Below are positions 50,687-63,924 of a stretch of 64,000 nucleotides of DNA, one piece after another. Numbering within the stretch: the first letter of the stretch is position 1; every line of letters begins with the position of its first letter. Under the pieces are notes generated by a model that was not told where the DNA came from, searched no databases, and saw only the letters and a list, made by a program, of their open reading frames with translations. Both the position numbers and the translations under genes were made by a program. Origin of the DNA: Octopus vulgaris (lineage: Eukaryota); NCBI GenBank assembly GCA_951406725.2, contig OX597820.1, positions 74,152,001-74,216,000 of the forward strand. Reading direction: 5' to 3'.

Positions 50687-52972
50687 TCATGTAAAGAGTT
50701 CAGGCCACTTGAGGTCCAGGGAGGCTTTGAACAAAGCGGTCGTCGGCATCTTCACCATCTCGTCTGGCAGCTTGTTCCACGGATCCGCAACCCGGACGGA
50801 GAAAGCTCCTCTCCTTCGATTGAGATGAAATCGTCGCAGGTAGAGCTTTTTGGAATGACCCCGCAGCCGACGCTCTTGAGCAGGAGTGAAGAACAGCTCT
50901 TTCGAGAGGTTACACTTTCCGCTTATAATGTTGTGGGCGAGAATGAGATCACCACGGCGGCGGCGTTTTTCAAGAGAATAAAGGTCGAGCGTCCTCAGCC
51001 TTTCTTCGTAGGACAAATTTTTGAGACCATGAACCATGCGGGTAGCCAGCCTCTGGACTCTTTCGAGATGCTGTATGTCTTTGAGGAGATAAGGAGAAGA
51101 GGCCTGAATCCCATACTCCAATATGGGTCTCACCAGCGTGGCATAGAGTGGTAGGAATATGGCTGCTGTGAGCATTCCGAATGACCGTCGAATCAAGAAC
51201 AGAATTCCGCGTGCTTTGTTGGCAGCATGGACGCACTGGGCCGAAGGCGAAAAGGAGGAATCCACCAAGATACCCAGGTCCTTTACCTGATCGGTCCTCT
51301 CCAGCAGCAGACGACCCGGCTCGAAATCAAGTTGAGTTGCAGGAGTAGAGCCGACAGGCAGATGACAGCACTTTGACACGTTCAGACACAGGTCCCAATC
51401 GTTAGACCACTTCCAAATTTGGTGGAGGCATCGACGAAGATCCTCTATATTACCGCGAGGAGCGACCAGTTTGATATCGTCGGCAAATAGAAGGGTGTGT
51501 TGCGTGAGGTCGTCGGGCAAGTCATTTATGAAGACTAAGAACAACAAGGGCCCAAGCACTGAACCTTGAGGCACGCCACTGCTCGCACTGGAGACGTCGG
51601 ACCGCGAACCATTAACTTGGACTTGGAAGGAGCGATCTGAGAGGAAGGCACCAACCCATCGTATAATATCCGGATGGAAACTATATGCTTGAAGCTTGAC
51701 AAGTAATAGGCGGTGGTTTACCGAGTCAAAAGCTTTGGCAAAGTCCAATAAAACGATGTCAACAGCATCACTATCATCGAGGATGCGCGTCACCAATTCT
51801 TCCATTACTAGTAAGTTGGTCAAGCATGATCTCTTCGGCACGAAGCCGTGTTGGGAATCAGAGATAGAGGCTGTGTTTAGGAGGTGGAGCATCATACTTT
51901 TCTTAAGGATGGTTTCGAACATCTTGCTGATTATTGATGTAAGGGAAACCGGTCGGTAGTTAAGCGGGTCTTCGCGGCTCCCTTTCTTGAAAATTGGGCA
52001 GATTATCGCTGTTCTCCAGTCTGCAGGTATAACACCTGTCGCCAATGACATATTGAATAGTCGTGTTAAGGGCTCGCAGATGACCGGAGCCAACGCTTTG
52101 ATAACCCGTGGGTGTATGCCGTCAGGGCTGTGACCCTTGTTGACATCGAGGCCTTGAATAACACGTTTGACTTGGTCCCGCGTGATGACCAATCGAAGCA
52201 TTGGAGGTACCGATCTATCAAATGGAGGGGGTTCACGACCATCATCTTGTTTGAAAATAGTTGAAAAAGCCTCGGCAAATAATTGACTCTGTTGATAAGG
52301 GTCCTCAATCGATACGCCTGTTGAGTCTACCAACGTTGCAATCTGGTTGTTCAAGCGGGAATTCCGCTGGACATGGGCAAAGAAGGTTTTTGGATTGCTA
52401 CTGGCATTTGCCGCGATTTTGTATTCATAACTGAAGCGTTCTTTCTTTTCAATTTTCACGGCTCGGTCTCGTTGAGTTTTGTACACCTCAAAAGCTGCAG
52501 TTGAATCCAGATTTTTGAATTCAGCCCAAGCAATATCTCTGAGTCGACGTTCTCGTTTAACCTTCTTCGTCACCCAGGGCTTGTGTTTCTTCTTCTTGGG
52601 AAGCCCAACGGGAACTGCCTGGTCAGTCAAACAGATTACATATGCTTTGAGGGATGACCATAGTTCGTCAACAGAGGACAACGTCATCAGGGATCGCCAG
52701 TCCAGAAGCGCGGAAGCCTCGGTTAGAATTTCAAGATTAATTGCAGAGAAGACTCTACGTGGCAGCGAAGTAGTCGTGGGCGTAGAAAAAGTTGTGTGCA
52801 TGACGAACTTCAGGACCGCATGATCACTCTTGGCAAGAGGGGCGCACACAGATACGTCTGACACTGATCTTGGATAGCGGGAGAATACCAGATCTAGCAT
52901 AGATGGCTGCTGCCCAGACCGATGCCTTGTCGGATATTCAACATGTTGCGATAGAAAACAATCTTCAGCCAC
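50687..52972 (-). CDS. LINE ORF2 reverse transcriptase portion (761 aa open frame)
   Basis: NYRPVSLTS, QHGF, LDFAKAFDSV, GVPQGSVLGPLLF, FADD, KDLGI, LVRPILEY, RRRRGDLI and LRGH motifs. Confidence 0.9.
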   Translation of the reverse strand: MAEDCFLSQHVEYPTRHRSGQQPSMLDLVFSRYPRSVSDVSVCAPLAKSDHAVLKFVMHTTFSTPTTTSLPRRVFSAINLEILTEASALLDWRSLMTLSSVDELWSSLKAYVICLTDQAVPVGLPKKKKHKPWVTKKVKRERRLRDIAWAEFKNLDSTAAFEVYKTQRDRAVKIEKKERFSYEYKIAANASSNPKTFFAHVQRNSRLNNQIATLVDSTGVSIEDPYQQSQLFAEAFSTIFKQDDGREPPPFDRSVPPMLRLVITRDQVKRVIQGLDVNKGHSPDGIHPRVIKALAPVICEPLTRLFNMSLATGVIPADWRTAIICPIFKKGSREDPLNYRPVSLTSIISKMFETILKKSMMLHLLNTASISDSQHGFVPKRSCLTNLLVMEELVTRILDDSDAVDIVLLDFAKAFDSVNHRLLLVKLQAYSFHPDIIRWVGAFLSDRSFQVQVNGSRSDVSSASSGVPQGSVLGPLLFLVFINDLPDDLTQHTLLFADDIKLVAPRGNIEDLRRCLHQIWKWSNDWDLCLNVSKCCHLPVGSTPATQLDFEPGRLLLERTDQVKDLGILVDSSFSPSAQCVHAANKARGILFLIRRSFGMLTAAIFLPLYATLVRPILEYGIQASSPYLLKDIQHLERVQRLATRMVHGLKNLSYEERLRTLDLYSLEKRRRRGDLILAHNIISGKCNLSKELFFTPAQERRLRGHSKKLYLRRFHLNRRRGAFSVRVADPWNKLPDEMVKMPTTALFKASLDLKWPELFT

Positions 52973-53568
52973 GTCAAGAAGGGCCTGGCCGAAACGGGAA
53001 GATGTTGTACAAATTGATGCGGGCCAATCGATCGTGGGAGCGTTGAAGTCTCCAAACAGTCATGCGAAGCTGAAACGAATCTTATCGCTTCGAGTAAATG
53101 AGTATCGTCCTGGGGGTCGGCAAGAGGCGGCCTGTAGACAGCCAACACGGGCAGGCAAAACTCAGATAGGCTCAGCTTGCAATAGACGGCATCGAATTTT
53201 GTTGTAGGTTGAGCATTAGTGGGTAGAATACCGCTGGACGGTTTGTGCTCAGACTTAACATACACAGCAACACCTCCACCTCGCCTTTTTCCTCTGTCAC
53301 ATCTGAAAAGGACGTAGCCCTGCAGGTGGATTTCTGAGTCCTTTACTGCTGGAGTCAGCCAAGTCTCGGTGATAGCTATCACATCAGGGGAGTCACGTAT
53401 GGCCAGTGTAAATAGTTCACTGACCTTTGGGAATAAGGAGCACGAGTTGGTGTAGACGATGCTGAGCTGTGAAGTCTGAGGGGCGGGAGTTGGGGAACAA
53501 GCAGAATAAAGGGTATCAGAGATAGCGTCGTTGACGGGGGTATCAACTTCACTTCGATTTGCCCTCAC
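52894..53568 (-). pseudogene. LINE ORF2 APE endonuclease portion, frameshifted near 53058
   Basis: YTNSCSL, IAITETWL, DR..RRGGGVAVYVK and VYRPP. The catalytic GDFNAPTIDW lies in the RT frame just past the shift. Confidence 0.88.
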
Positions 53569-53846
53569 ATCACTTTCCCTGTCAGCACTACAGCATGGGA
53601 CCAGAGGTAGGACTTGATTCCGAGGATGGGGAGGAAAGAGAAGAATTACATTCTGGAAAGTTCCGGGGAGGGGGGTGAAGGAGTGGTATTACTTCCTTTA
53701 AAGTTCCGAGGAGTGGGAGGAATTACTTCCTGGATAATTACGAGGAGGGGCGAGTTACATCCTGGAAAGTTCCGAGGAGGGGAGGAATTATTTCCTGGAA
53801 AGTTATCTTTTAATGTCGGGAATATGCTTGATTCTTTTCGGATCGC

Positions 53847-53886
<40 letters not shown>

Positions 53887-53913
53887 CACTCACTCACGAT
53901 GTGTATGTCGTCA

Positions 53914-54287
53914 TGGCACTCCGTCGATTACGACGACGAGGCTTCCACTTGGTCCAATCAACGGAACAGCCTGCTCATGAAATTAACGTTTCATGCACTC
54001 CACAGAGACGTGTACCCATAACGCAGTTCTCGGGGTGATTCACCGTGACACAGAGTGTGACTGTGCTGGCCATTTGAAATACAGGTACAACAGAAACAGG
54101 AAGAAAGAGTGAGAGAAAGTTGTGGTGAAAGAGTACAGTAGGGTTCACCACTACCCCTTGCCGCAGATCGTGGAGCTTTAGGTGTTTTCACTCAATAAAC
54201 ACTCACAACGCCCACTCTGGGAATCAAAACCGCGATCCTACGACAGCGAGTCCGCTGCACCAACCACTGTGCCATTGCGCCTCCACT
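53914..54287 (-). mobile_element. SINE family C, full length
   Basis: Minus head gtggaggcgcaatggcacagtggttgg...ggttttgattccc (A/B boxes); same body as other C copies. Confidence 0.88.
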
Positions 54288-54925
54288 CAGTTTATGTATA
54301 TGCGTGTGTGTTTGTAGGTCACTTTCGAGTGATACTGGTAACATGTAACCCAGTACAACAAAAGCATGGTCGGGTCGTCGGTGACTAAACCGGCAACCCC
54401 ACCAAGCTTGCTTGGTAAGGAGGGTGTTTATTGGACACCCTGCGGGATGAAAAACAAAACCCGTCAAAGCCATCCAATAAATGTCTTAAGGCTGTATCAT
54501 GCGCGGGGACATAGAAATAATCGGACTGAATACCCGATCGCGCGGTTAAACCATTGAGAGTGAAGGACTCCTAGCCTTTGTTAGGGCATCCTTCTAGGAG
54601 AAGGTAACTCAGGTAACTGGGATAACTCCGACATAAAACCTGCGGCTCAGTGGTTACCGATGATGTTAACTTGTTCTTCTTTTCGGATTATGGCTGCTGT
54701 TGCTTAGTGAGTGGGATTGACTCAGTGCACAGTCTTTCCTCACTTTAAAAAAAATCTTCTTGCACAGGCATTGCACGATAACAACATTGATTAAGCTTCG
54801 TGCAATTGCCATACTCGATAACGAGGGGGCAGCCACCATATATATATATAATTTTCCCTTTACCATTTTACTCAGCCCCTGATTCCTATGGTAGTTTCTA
54901 TAAACTGACAAAGCGATTTAGCTTA

Positions 54926-55378
54926 AGGTGGCAGAATCGTTAGTACGCCGGGCGAAATGCTTAGCGGTATTTCGTCTGCCGCTACGTTCTGAGTTCAAAT
55001 TCCGCCGAGGTCGACTTTGCCTTTCGTCCTTTCGGGGTCAATTAAAAGAGTACCTATTTCTGTATTACCCACAAGGGGATAAACACAGAGCAGACAAACA
55101 AGGACAGACATAGGTATTAAGTTGATTACATCGACCCCAGTGCGTAACTGGTACTTAATTTATCGACCCCGAAAGGATGAAAGGCAAAGTCGACCTCGGC
55201 GGAATTTGAACTCACAACGTAACGCAGACGAAATACCGCTAAGCATTTCGCCCGGCGTGCTAACGTTTCTGCCAGCTCGCCGCCTTAATAAGTACCAGTT
55301 ACACACTGGGGTCGATGTAATCAACTAGCTCCCTTCCCACAAAAACTTTCAAGGTTTTGTGCCTAGAGTAGAAATAAT
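54926..55378. mobile_element. SINE A copy (+) interrupted by an inverted young SINE A copy (-)
   Basis: The inner copy 55054-55284 is flanked by ttaaaagagtacc / ttaataagtacc (imperfect TSD). Confidence 0.88.
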
Positions 55379-55689
55379 TATGTTCTTCAGTCTTCTATAA
55401 CATATCTCTTATATAATGTTCTCCAACTCTGTTTTCCATCACATCTACTCTATGATGTTTTATGTGTGGTGATGTTCACAACGACTTGTTCTTCCAGTAA
55501 TGATAAGCGAGAGACGAGAGAAAGACATCTTGTTATCTCTGTTTCCTGTTGCATTGTCCCAGAGATTAGGTTGTTCAGGACTCTCGAGCAATTAGGTTAA
55601 CTTTGAATTTCCATCAGACATTAAACAGCTTTCTTAATCTTAACACACACACACACATTCACACACACACATACATACATACACACGCA

Positions 55690-55736
55690 CACACACACAT
55701 ACACACGCACACACACGCGTTCTGACAAACACGCAT

Positions 55737-55768
<32 letters not shown>

Positions 55769-56040
55769 ACACACATACACACACACGCGTTCTGACAAAC
55801 ACGCATACACACACACATACGTTCTGACGCGCACACACACACACATACACACACATACACACGCACACACGCGTTCTGACAAATACGCATACACACATAC
55901 GTTCTGACGCACACACACACACACACATACACACGCACACGCACACACACGCGTTCTGACAAACACGCATACACACACACACATACGTTCTGACGCACAC
56001 ACATATTCACACGCACTCACATACACATACGTACTGACAC
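55690..56040. repeat. (CA)n-derived minisatellite punctuated by cgttctgac
   Basis: About seven cgttctgac motifs at roughly 37-73-bp spacing within CA repeats. Confidence 0.85.
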
Positions 56041-56341
56041 ACACACACACGTACTCACAAACACACACACACACACGTACTCACACATACATGTACTCAC
56101 ACACACGTACTCTTTCTCACTCTCTCATACACATACACACACACACGTACATACACACACATACACAAGTACTCAGACACACACACACACGTAATCACGT
56201 ACACACACACATTCCCATACATACATTCAAGCATATCCACATGCACACATACACGCATACAAATTCAAACACACGCTCATATACGTACATACGTGTATAC
56301 CCGCATGTACACTTAAGCATATATGTACTAACAGGGCCCGT

Positions 56342-56373
<32 letters not shown>

Positions 56374-56759
56374 ACATAGAAGCATATAAATGCATCTACC
56401 TATTCATTCATTCACAAAATATTCATCTACACACACACACAGAGGAATCAATACAAACATACATACATAGAGATATATAGAACCACGTGTATACAAACTC
56501 ATATGCAATCACACATGAATATACACATTCACACACATTTGTATTTATGTGAGAGTATATATATATATGGATAGATAGATAGATAGATAGATAGATATAG
56601 ATATAGAGATACTCACACATAATAAAAATGAACTCAGGCGCAGAACACACACACACACACACACACATACACAGTCTCAGATGTACAACTTTTATGTTCT
56701 TTGATACTTATCGAAACATACCATAGAATCAGTAGAGGTTGTGTGGTGGTCGTGGTCGT

Positions 56760-56818
56760 GATAATGGGGACGACGACAACGACGACGACGATGGTGATGA
56801 CGACGATAATGCTGATGA

Positions 56819-56851
<33 letters not shown>

Positions 56852-56958
56852 TGATGATGATGATGATGATGGTATGACGATGATGATAACGACGATGACG
56901 GCGATGATGATGATGATGATGATGATGATGGTATGATGATGATGACGATGACGGCGGC

Positions 56959-56989
<31 letters not shown>

Positions 56990-57099
56990 GTGATAATGAT
57001 AATGATGATGATGATGATGACGATGATGACGAAGACGACGACGACGATGATGATGACGACGACGATAATGGTGATGATGACGACGACGACGACGACGAC

Positions 57100-57147
<48 letters not shown>

Positions 57148-57166
57148 GATGATGATAACGATGGTG
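56760..57166. repeat. (GAT)n/(GAC)n compound microsatellite
   Basis: Seen directly; similar (CAT/CGT)n tracts at about 48048-48140, 57928-58079 and 59909-60046. Confidence 0.95.
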
Positions 57167-57613
57167 ATCTACTTATGCGGGTGGAGGATTGTTGGTGGCC
57201 TTTTTTTTAAAAATCAGTTTTTGTGAAGGAAACATCAAAACAACCATTCAGTTTTATCGTCTGGCCATGACATTTTTGTAAACGATAAACATTGGTGGAC
57301 CTAAATGATTATTTATTTATTTATCTATTTATCTATTTTCACTTATTTAATGTTATATCGTCATCAGTGTGATGAATGCGAGGGCAAACCTCTGAGTTAT
57401 CTACCCTGATTAATCAACTCCTGTCAATGTAGCACGGACTGACCCTTTACTTAATATTACCCTCCTGCACTTACGTATGCCACACGTGGCACCTCAAGTG
57501 GTAAAATTCTCACACACATGCATTTATACACATACACTGATACATACATACATACATACATACATACATACATACATACATACATACATACATGCATACA
57601 TTCATACATACAT

Positions 57614-57692
57614 ACCCAGTATAATGATTTGGGATAAAAACAAATTGTGCACAATTGTGGAAATTAGTTGCCCAGCAGATGTTAACATAAAG
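57614..57692 (+). mobile_element. Tiny RLE endonuclease fragment
   Basis: [25 protein letters not shown] resembles the PD..D/E segment of RLE LINEs. Confidence 0.55.
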
Positions 57693-57701
57693 CTAAATTT
57701 A

Positions 57702-57781
<80 letters not shown>

Positions 57782-57804
57782 TATATATACATACATAAAT
57801 TTAG

Positions 57805-57835
<31 letters not shown>

Positions 57836-57928
57836 CGTATAGAACTTTTTACACAACTTTTCAGTAACTCCACATTGTACTGTCATGAACCGTCACCAAT
57901 GCTTTATTTTAATCCATAGTGGTTATCG

Positions 57929-57975
<47 letters not shown>

Positions 57976-58017
57976 GTCGTCGTCGTCGTCGTCATCGTCG
58001 TCGTCGTCGTCGTCATC

Positions 58018-58079
<62 letters not shown>

Positions 58080-58130
58080 TTGCTGTTGTTTGTTATTTCG
58101 TTGTTCCTGAATTAGCAGCAGACCATATAC

Positions 58131-58540
58131 CGGCGAGCTGGCAGAATCGTTAGCACGCCGGGCGAAAATGCTTAGCGATATATTTCGTCTGCCGGTATTT
58201 CGTTCTGAGTTCAAATTCCGCCGAGGTCGACTTTGCCTTTCATCCTTTCGGGGTCGATTAAATAAGTACCAGTTATGCACTGGGGTCGATATAATTAACT
58301 TAATCCGTTTATCTGTCCTTGTTTGTCTTCTCTGTGTTTAGCCCCTTGTGGGTAGTAAAGAAATAGGTATTTCGTTCTGAGTTCAAATTCCGCTGAGGTT
58401 GATTTTACCTTTCATCCTTTCGAGGTCGATTAAATAATTACCAGTTACGCACTAGGATAGGGGTCGATGTAATCGACTTAATCTCTTTGTCTGTCCTTGT
58501 TTGTCCCCTCTATGTTTAGCCTCCTGTGAGCAATAAAGAA
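58131..58540 (+). mobile_element. SINE A young copy plus a headless tandem unit
   Basis: The tail aaagaaatagg is followed by tatttcgttctgagttc of a second body. Confidence 0.85.
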
Positions 58541-59061
58541 AAAGACAGACCGGTCCTTGATGCCCTACTACTATTTTTACCCTTTGCCATAGATTTTTCT
58601 ATTATAAATATTTATAGTCTTTGTGTTTTCTCTTCGTATTCTGTTGTAATTCGATGAAATACATATTTCTTCTTAACACGTAAATGCTAATCGATGTTGC
58701 GTTTCGTTACAGTCGAATAACTCTTCCTTTACAGCGAATGTTTGTTCATAACACTTTGTTCAATACTAGAAGGGATCTGGGACACCCGGTGTTTCAACTT
58801 CGTTGAACCTCGTCAGAGAGAAGTACTCTTCCACCAATGAATGTAACAAGAACCAATGGTCTTGCTTATACCTACAGTGAACAAAACTGGGTACTGTTCC
58901 ATGTTGATATCTGCCAACCGATGTAAAAAGAAAAAAAAATTCATTTAAAACTGGAAAATTCAAAATTGAAATTGGTTATGTTTACAGATATTATTCATCT
59001 TATAGTCACTGAGTGGTTTGTGGTAAGGATTAAGGAATTGGTTTCGGGTTTTTGTGAGTGA

Positions 59062-59100
<39 letters not shown>

Positions 59101-60004
59101 GGGGAGAGAAATAATGGAGAATGATGTTGTCGCTTCGGTTGTAAGCTAAACACAATTACATATTAACGGTTGAGTACCTCATGCTCAATGTAGTGGCGTT
59201 TAGTCCACTACATGGCGCTTTCTGTTAGCGTCTTCTATTATAAATCTCGGGCAGACCAATGTCTAAGAAAGTTTTGTAGACGGAAACTATGTGGAATCCC
59301 GTCGTGTGTGTATATATGTGTGTGTGTTTGTGTTCTCCCCCCCCAACCCCCCCCACACCTTTTGACAATTGATTTCGGTCTGCTGAACTTCTCTGGAATA
59401 AGGGGACAAAAACAATTTACAGACGTGTTTTAAAATGTAAAAAAATACGATGGCAAGTGTGCCCCTGCGCCATTAGAATCCATATATGGAGGTCCATGTT
59501 AGTATCTAAGGGGGCCCATCCCCTCAAATTTGAGAATTTTTTTATTCACTTCTGGAAGAATGCAGGAATTATTTCAGCTTGGCTGTGTTTGTAGACTGCT
59601 AAAAAGAATACTCTGAGAGTATCACTCGCCCATTTACTCAAGTAAACTGCCTGGAAAACAAAACTCAAGTGAGTGGAACATGTTTTTAAAACAACAGGTA
59701 GAACCAAGACAAGACAAGATTTATGTCTTTCTGTGTGGTTTATGTTATCTAAATATCTCTTTAGTTTGATGTTTTAAGATTTTAAGTCCGACTAGAGGGA
59801 ATTTTTTGTCTACTTCTTGCAGTATTAATCTCAGTTAATCGCAGGTTTTTTTTCTCTTCAGATTCACTATAATTACGTTGGTGAGAATCTACGTTGAGTC
59901 TCTGTATATCATCATCATCGTCGTCGTCGTCATCATCATCATCATCGCCATCATCATCATCATCATCGTTGTCGTCATCGTCATCATCGTCGTCGTCGTC
60001 GTCG

Positions 60005-60045
<41 letters not shown>

Positions 60046-60888
60046 GTTATCCTTTCAGCACTTAGTGACTTTACGTTCCCCCCATTCAATAAGATCAGAA
60101 ACTCTTTCGAGTAGATGCTGCCAGGGGGTGGAGGGAGGGCATTATTTATTCATTTATTTATTTATCTGGCAGAACTACCTGAATGTCCAGCAAAATACAG
60201 AGCAGATTATTTTTCCCAACATTTTACCGTCTGAGATCAAATTCTGGAGAGGTCAATTGTGCATCTCATTCCCCACGGCCGGCCGATAAAATATTGCACC
60301 AACCAGATACTAGGGGGATCAACTTAACCCATTCCTCAAGATCAGTGGCGGACTAGCCAGACTGGCAGCTTGCCTAATGGTAAGTGGGCCCCTGCGCCAT
60401 TAGAATCCATATATGGAGGCCTATGTTGGTATCTAAGGGGGCCCATACCCTCAAGTTTGAGATTTTTTATCCACTCCCGGAAGAGTGCGTTAATTATTTC
60501 AGCCTGGCTGTGTTTGCAGAGAGTTGAAAAGAATACTTTTAACGAAAAAAAAAAACATTGTTGTTGCGGGTGGATCCCCTTGTAGTTACGGGTCGGCTCC
60601 CTTAGTCGCCTGGCAACCAATATTTTTAGACCTAGTCGGCCACTGCCCAAGATTTCTGGCTTTCTGCCAAAATTATAAAGAATCGTTGTTAAGGTGGCGA
60701 ACTGGTAGAAACTTTAGATGGCAGAAAATGCTTTGTGGTGTCAGCTTCGGCCCTTTACGTTCTGATTTCAAATCTCGGTAAGGTCAACTTAAATAGCAAT
60801 TGATCTTTCGCAGAAAACTACAGATGAATCAATTAAATGCAATATAATATTCATGTTCAGAGTCGAATTAAGACTAAATTCGATAAAT

Positions 60889-60947
<59 letters not shown>

Positions 60948-61518
60948 CGTGTGCGTGCGCGAGTGTGTGTTTATATATACATAAATATACATACAGGCGT
61001 TCGCACATACACATATATAAGCAAACATAAACGAACACATGGGACACACACACACACTTAAGTACATATGCATGTATGCTTATATACATATACATGTATG
61101 TGAGAGAGTGTGAGTATGTATGTATGTATGTATGTATGTATGTATGTATGTATGTATGTATGTATGTATGTATGTATGTATGTATGTGTGTATGTATGTA
61201 TGTATATATTCATGTCGCAAAGTTTCCAATATGTAAGTGAACAGTGACATTAGATGAGAGAAAATTATACAGTAAAATTGCATTAGAATTATAGATGTTT
61301 AATGTAATTAAACCGTGTAATTTTCTTTCAACGAACGTCATTATTCAGATTTATTTTGCAAAATCGTTATGAAATTTAGACAATTTAGTAAATAAATATT
61401 GTTTACCGTTGAAACACTAACAGTTTGAGCGAGCACCACGAAGAAATGCTATGATATACATGAACTAAATCTAAAGAACGCAGACACACAGACACATTCA
61501 TATATATATATGTATATT

Positions 61519-61599
<81 letters not shown>

Positions 61600-61681
61600 C
61601 ATATAGTAAAACGAAAGACGATGACAGATGTATGAACAACAAGCATGTGTATTAGTTTAACGCTCGGGAAAATGGAAAAGC

Positions 61682-61717
61682 CTTTTACGCTTCGAGCCTA
61701 TGCTCTTCAGCAGAAAG
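61682..61717 (-). ncRNA. Ultra-minimal hammerhead-like motif (variant or decayed)
   Basis: Minus strand: cttt-CTGCTGA-a-gagc-atag-gctc-GAAGC-GTA-aaag; same family as 15045-15080, and the element ends in (TA)n. Confidence 0.5.
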
Positions 61718-61770
61718 GGATAAGAGAAAATAAGCAGAGAAAGAATTTTAAAACTTTAGATTCACGAAGT

Positions 61771-62121
61771 GGCACTCTGTCGGTCACGACAACGAGGGTT
61801 CGATTTGATCCGATCAACTGAACAGCCTGCTCATGAAATTAACGTGCAAGTGGTTGAGCACTCGAAAGACACATGTACCCTTAACGTAGTTCTTGGTGAG
61901 ATTCGGCGTGACACAGAATGTGACAACGCTGGCCTTTGAAATACAGGTACAACAGAAGCAGGAAGAGAGAGTGAGAGAAAGTTGTGGTGAAAGACTACAG
62001 CAGGGTTTGCCACCACCTGAGTCTCATGGAGCCTTAGGTGCTTTCGCTCAATAAACACTCACAACGCCCGGTCTGGGAATCGAATTCGCGAGTCCGCTGC
62101 CCTAACCACTGAGCCATTGCG
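61771..62121 (-). mobile_element. SINE family C
   Basis: Collinear with 53914-54287. Confidence 0.85.
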
Positions 62122-62238
62122 ATCTTATCTTTATATATATATATATATATATAAAGATAAGATCGCTATTTAAAATACCGATCTTATCAGGTGGCTAGCA
62201 TGGGAATAAAAAACCTCGAGGGTAATAATTAAAATTAT

Positions 62239-62460
<222 letters not shown>

Positions 62461-62701
62461 CGTCTGTCTGAAAACGTTCCATGCCCAACTCTAGCAGCAA
62501 TTTGACTTCATTTGACGGTAAATACTGCATTGAAAAGACGTGTATGAATACAGCATCTTTGATGTTCTCACTGGAACTATGTTCTTCTTTCTTTGTACCA
62601 TCGGCTAATCCGGCAATATACTGACTACTTTGACCGAACTCGGAACCATGTTGTTGGTAAGCAAGCAATTTACCAAACATCCACTCCTGCGCTGTATATG
62701 C

Positions 62702-62732
<31 letters not shown>

Positions 62733-63924
62733 TGTATGTATGTATGTATGTATGTATGTATGTATGTGTGTGTGTATGTATGTATGTATGTATGTATGTA
62801 TGTATGTATGTATGTATGTATGTATGTATGTATGTATGTATATATATCACTCTTTTACACTCTGTGATTTACCAAATATATATATATATTCTAAGTGAGT
62901 GTGTGTCTTTGTATTCGTATTTGTCTGTTTGTCTCCACCCCTCCCCCACCGCTTGACAACCGGTATTATTGTGTTGACGTTCCTGTAACTTGGCTCGGCA
63001 AAAGAAATAGATATAATAAGTACCAGGTTTAAAGGATAGATTAAATATTGGATAGATTAAAAATTCCTCAAGGCGGTGCCCCAGCATAGCCGCAGGCTAA
63101 TGACTGAAACAAGTAAAAGACAAACGGTTAAAGACCGTTGGGAGACCCGTGAGAATAAATTGCATCCCTAATCAGGTTAACCTTTTGAAGGCCAGTTTCA
63201 AAAGGTTTCTCCCTTTCTCAGATGGATAGATTTCTTTTTGCATAGCACAAATAATGCCAAAAATAAATGATTTTGGTGGTAGTTGGAAGATCTCTCTTTC
63301 ATCAATAAGTCTGCAAAAAGACCAAAAAGAAAAACAAAAAAGGAAAAGAAAAGAAAAGAAAAAAGAAAGAAAGAAAGCACTTTAAAAGTGGACAATTTTG
63401 TAAGGTGATTACAATGAAGGAGGGTACTTAGAATGGTAACGGAAGGACTTCGACAAACTTTAATGATTGATTGAATGGCCAAACCAAATAAAGTAATTGG
63501 TTAAATGTTAATGAATTATTTAATAAGAGTAAAAGAGGTGAAACCGAACCAGTGCATGAGCTTATTATTAACGTAATGACCCTCCTTACGACAGTTCCCA
63601 TAGCTTCCATTGTTGTGATGGTGAAGAGTGTAACGCTTCGGGATTTTTCCTTTCGTCTAAGAAAGTGAAAGGGAAGAGAGTGAAGAAAGAAAGAGTGAAT
63701 AGAGAGCGAGTGGGAGAGACTGAGAGGGGGGTAAAGAGAGAGAGAGTGAGGAAGAGAGAGAGAGAGTGGGGAGAGAGGGGGTTGCTGAATATATGGCAAG
63801 CTGCAGAAAAAGAACATGATTTTGATAAAAATAGTGTGTGTAATAATATATTTTATTATTTTTTTCAATGCTTTGCTTTTCTTCCTTCTTTACTTTAATC
63901 TCCTTCCGTCTTTTAAAACTCTGG

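Larger units (their letters stand above)
50598..53612 (-). mobile_element. CR1-group LINE, 5'-truncated, near-intact ORF2
   Basis: APE and RT domains, a short 3' UTR and a (TAAC)n tail at 50598-50622; it interrupts the minisatellite. Confidence 0.95.

Noticed and set aside
50663-52823. Plus-strand ORFs of 87-163 aa overlapping the LINE
   Set aside because: Antisense shadows of the RT frame.
54305-54850. RTE-like 5' UTR or SINE
   Set aside because: Only a vague resemblance, a single copy in the window, and undefined boundaries.
58766-58963. 65-aa ORF as a host exon
   Set aside because: No recognisable domain in any frame and ambiguous splice signals.
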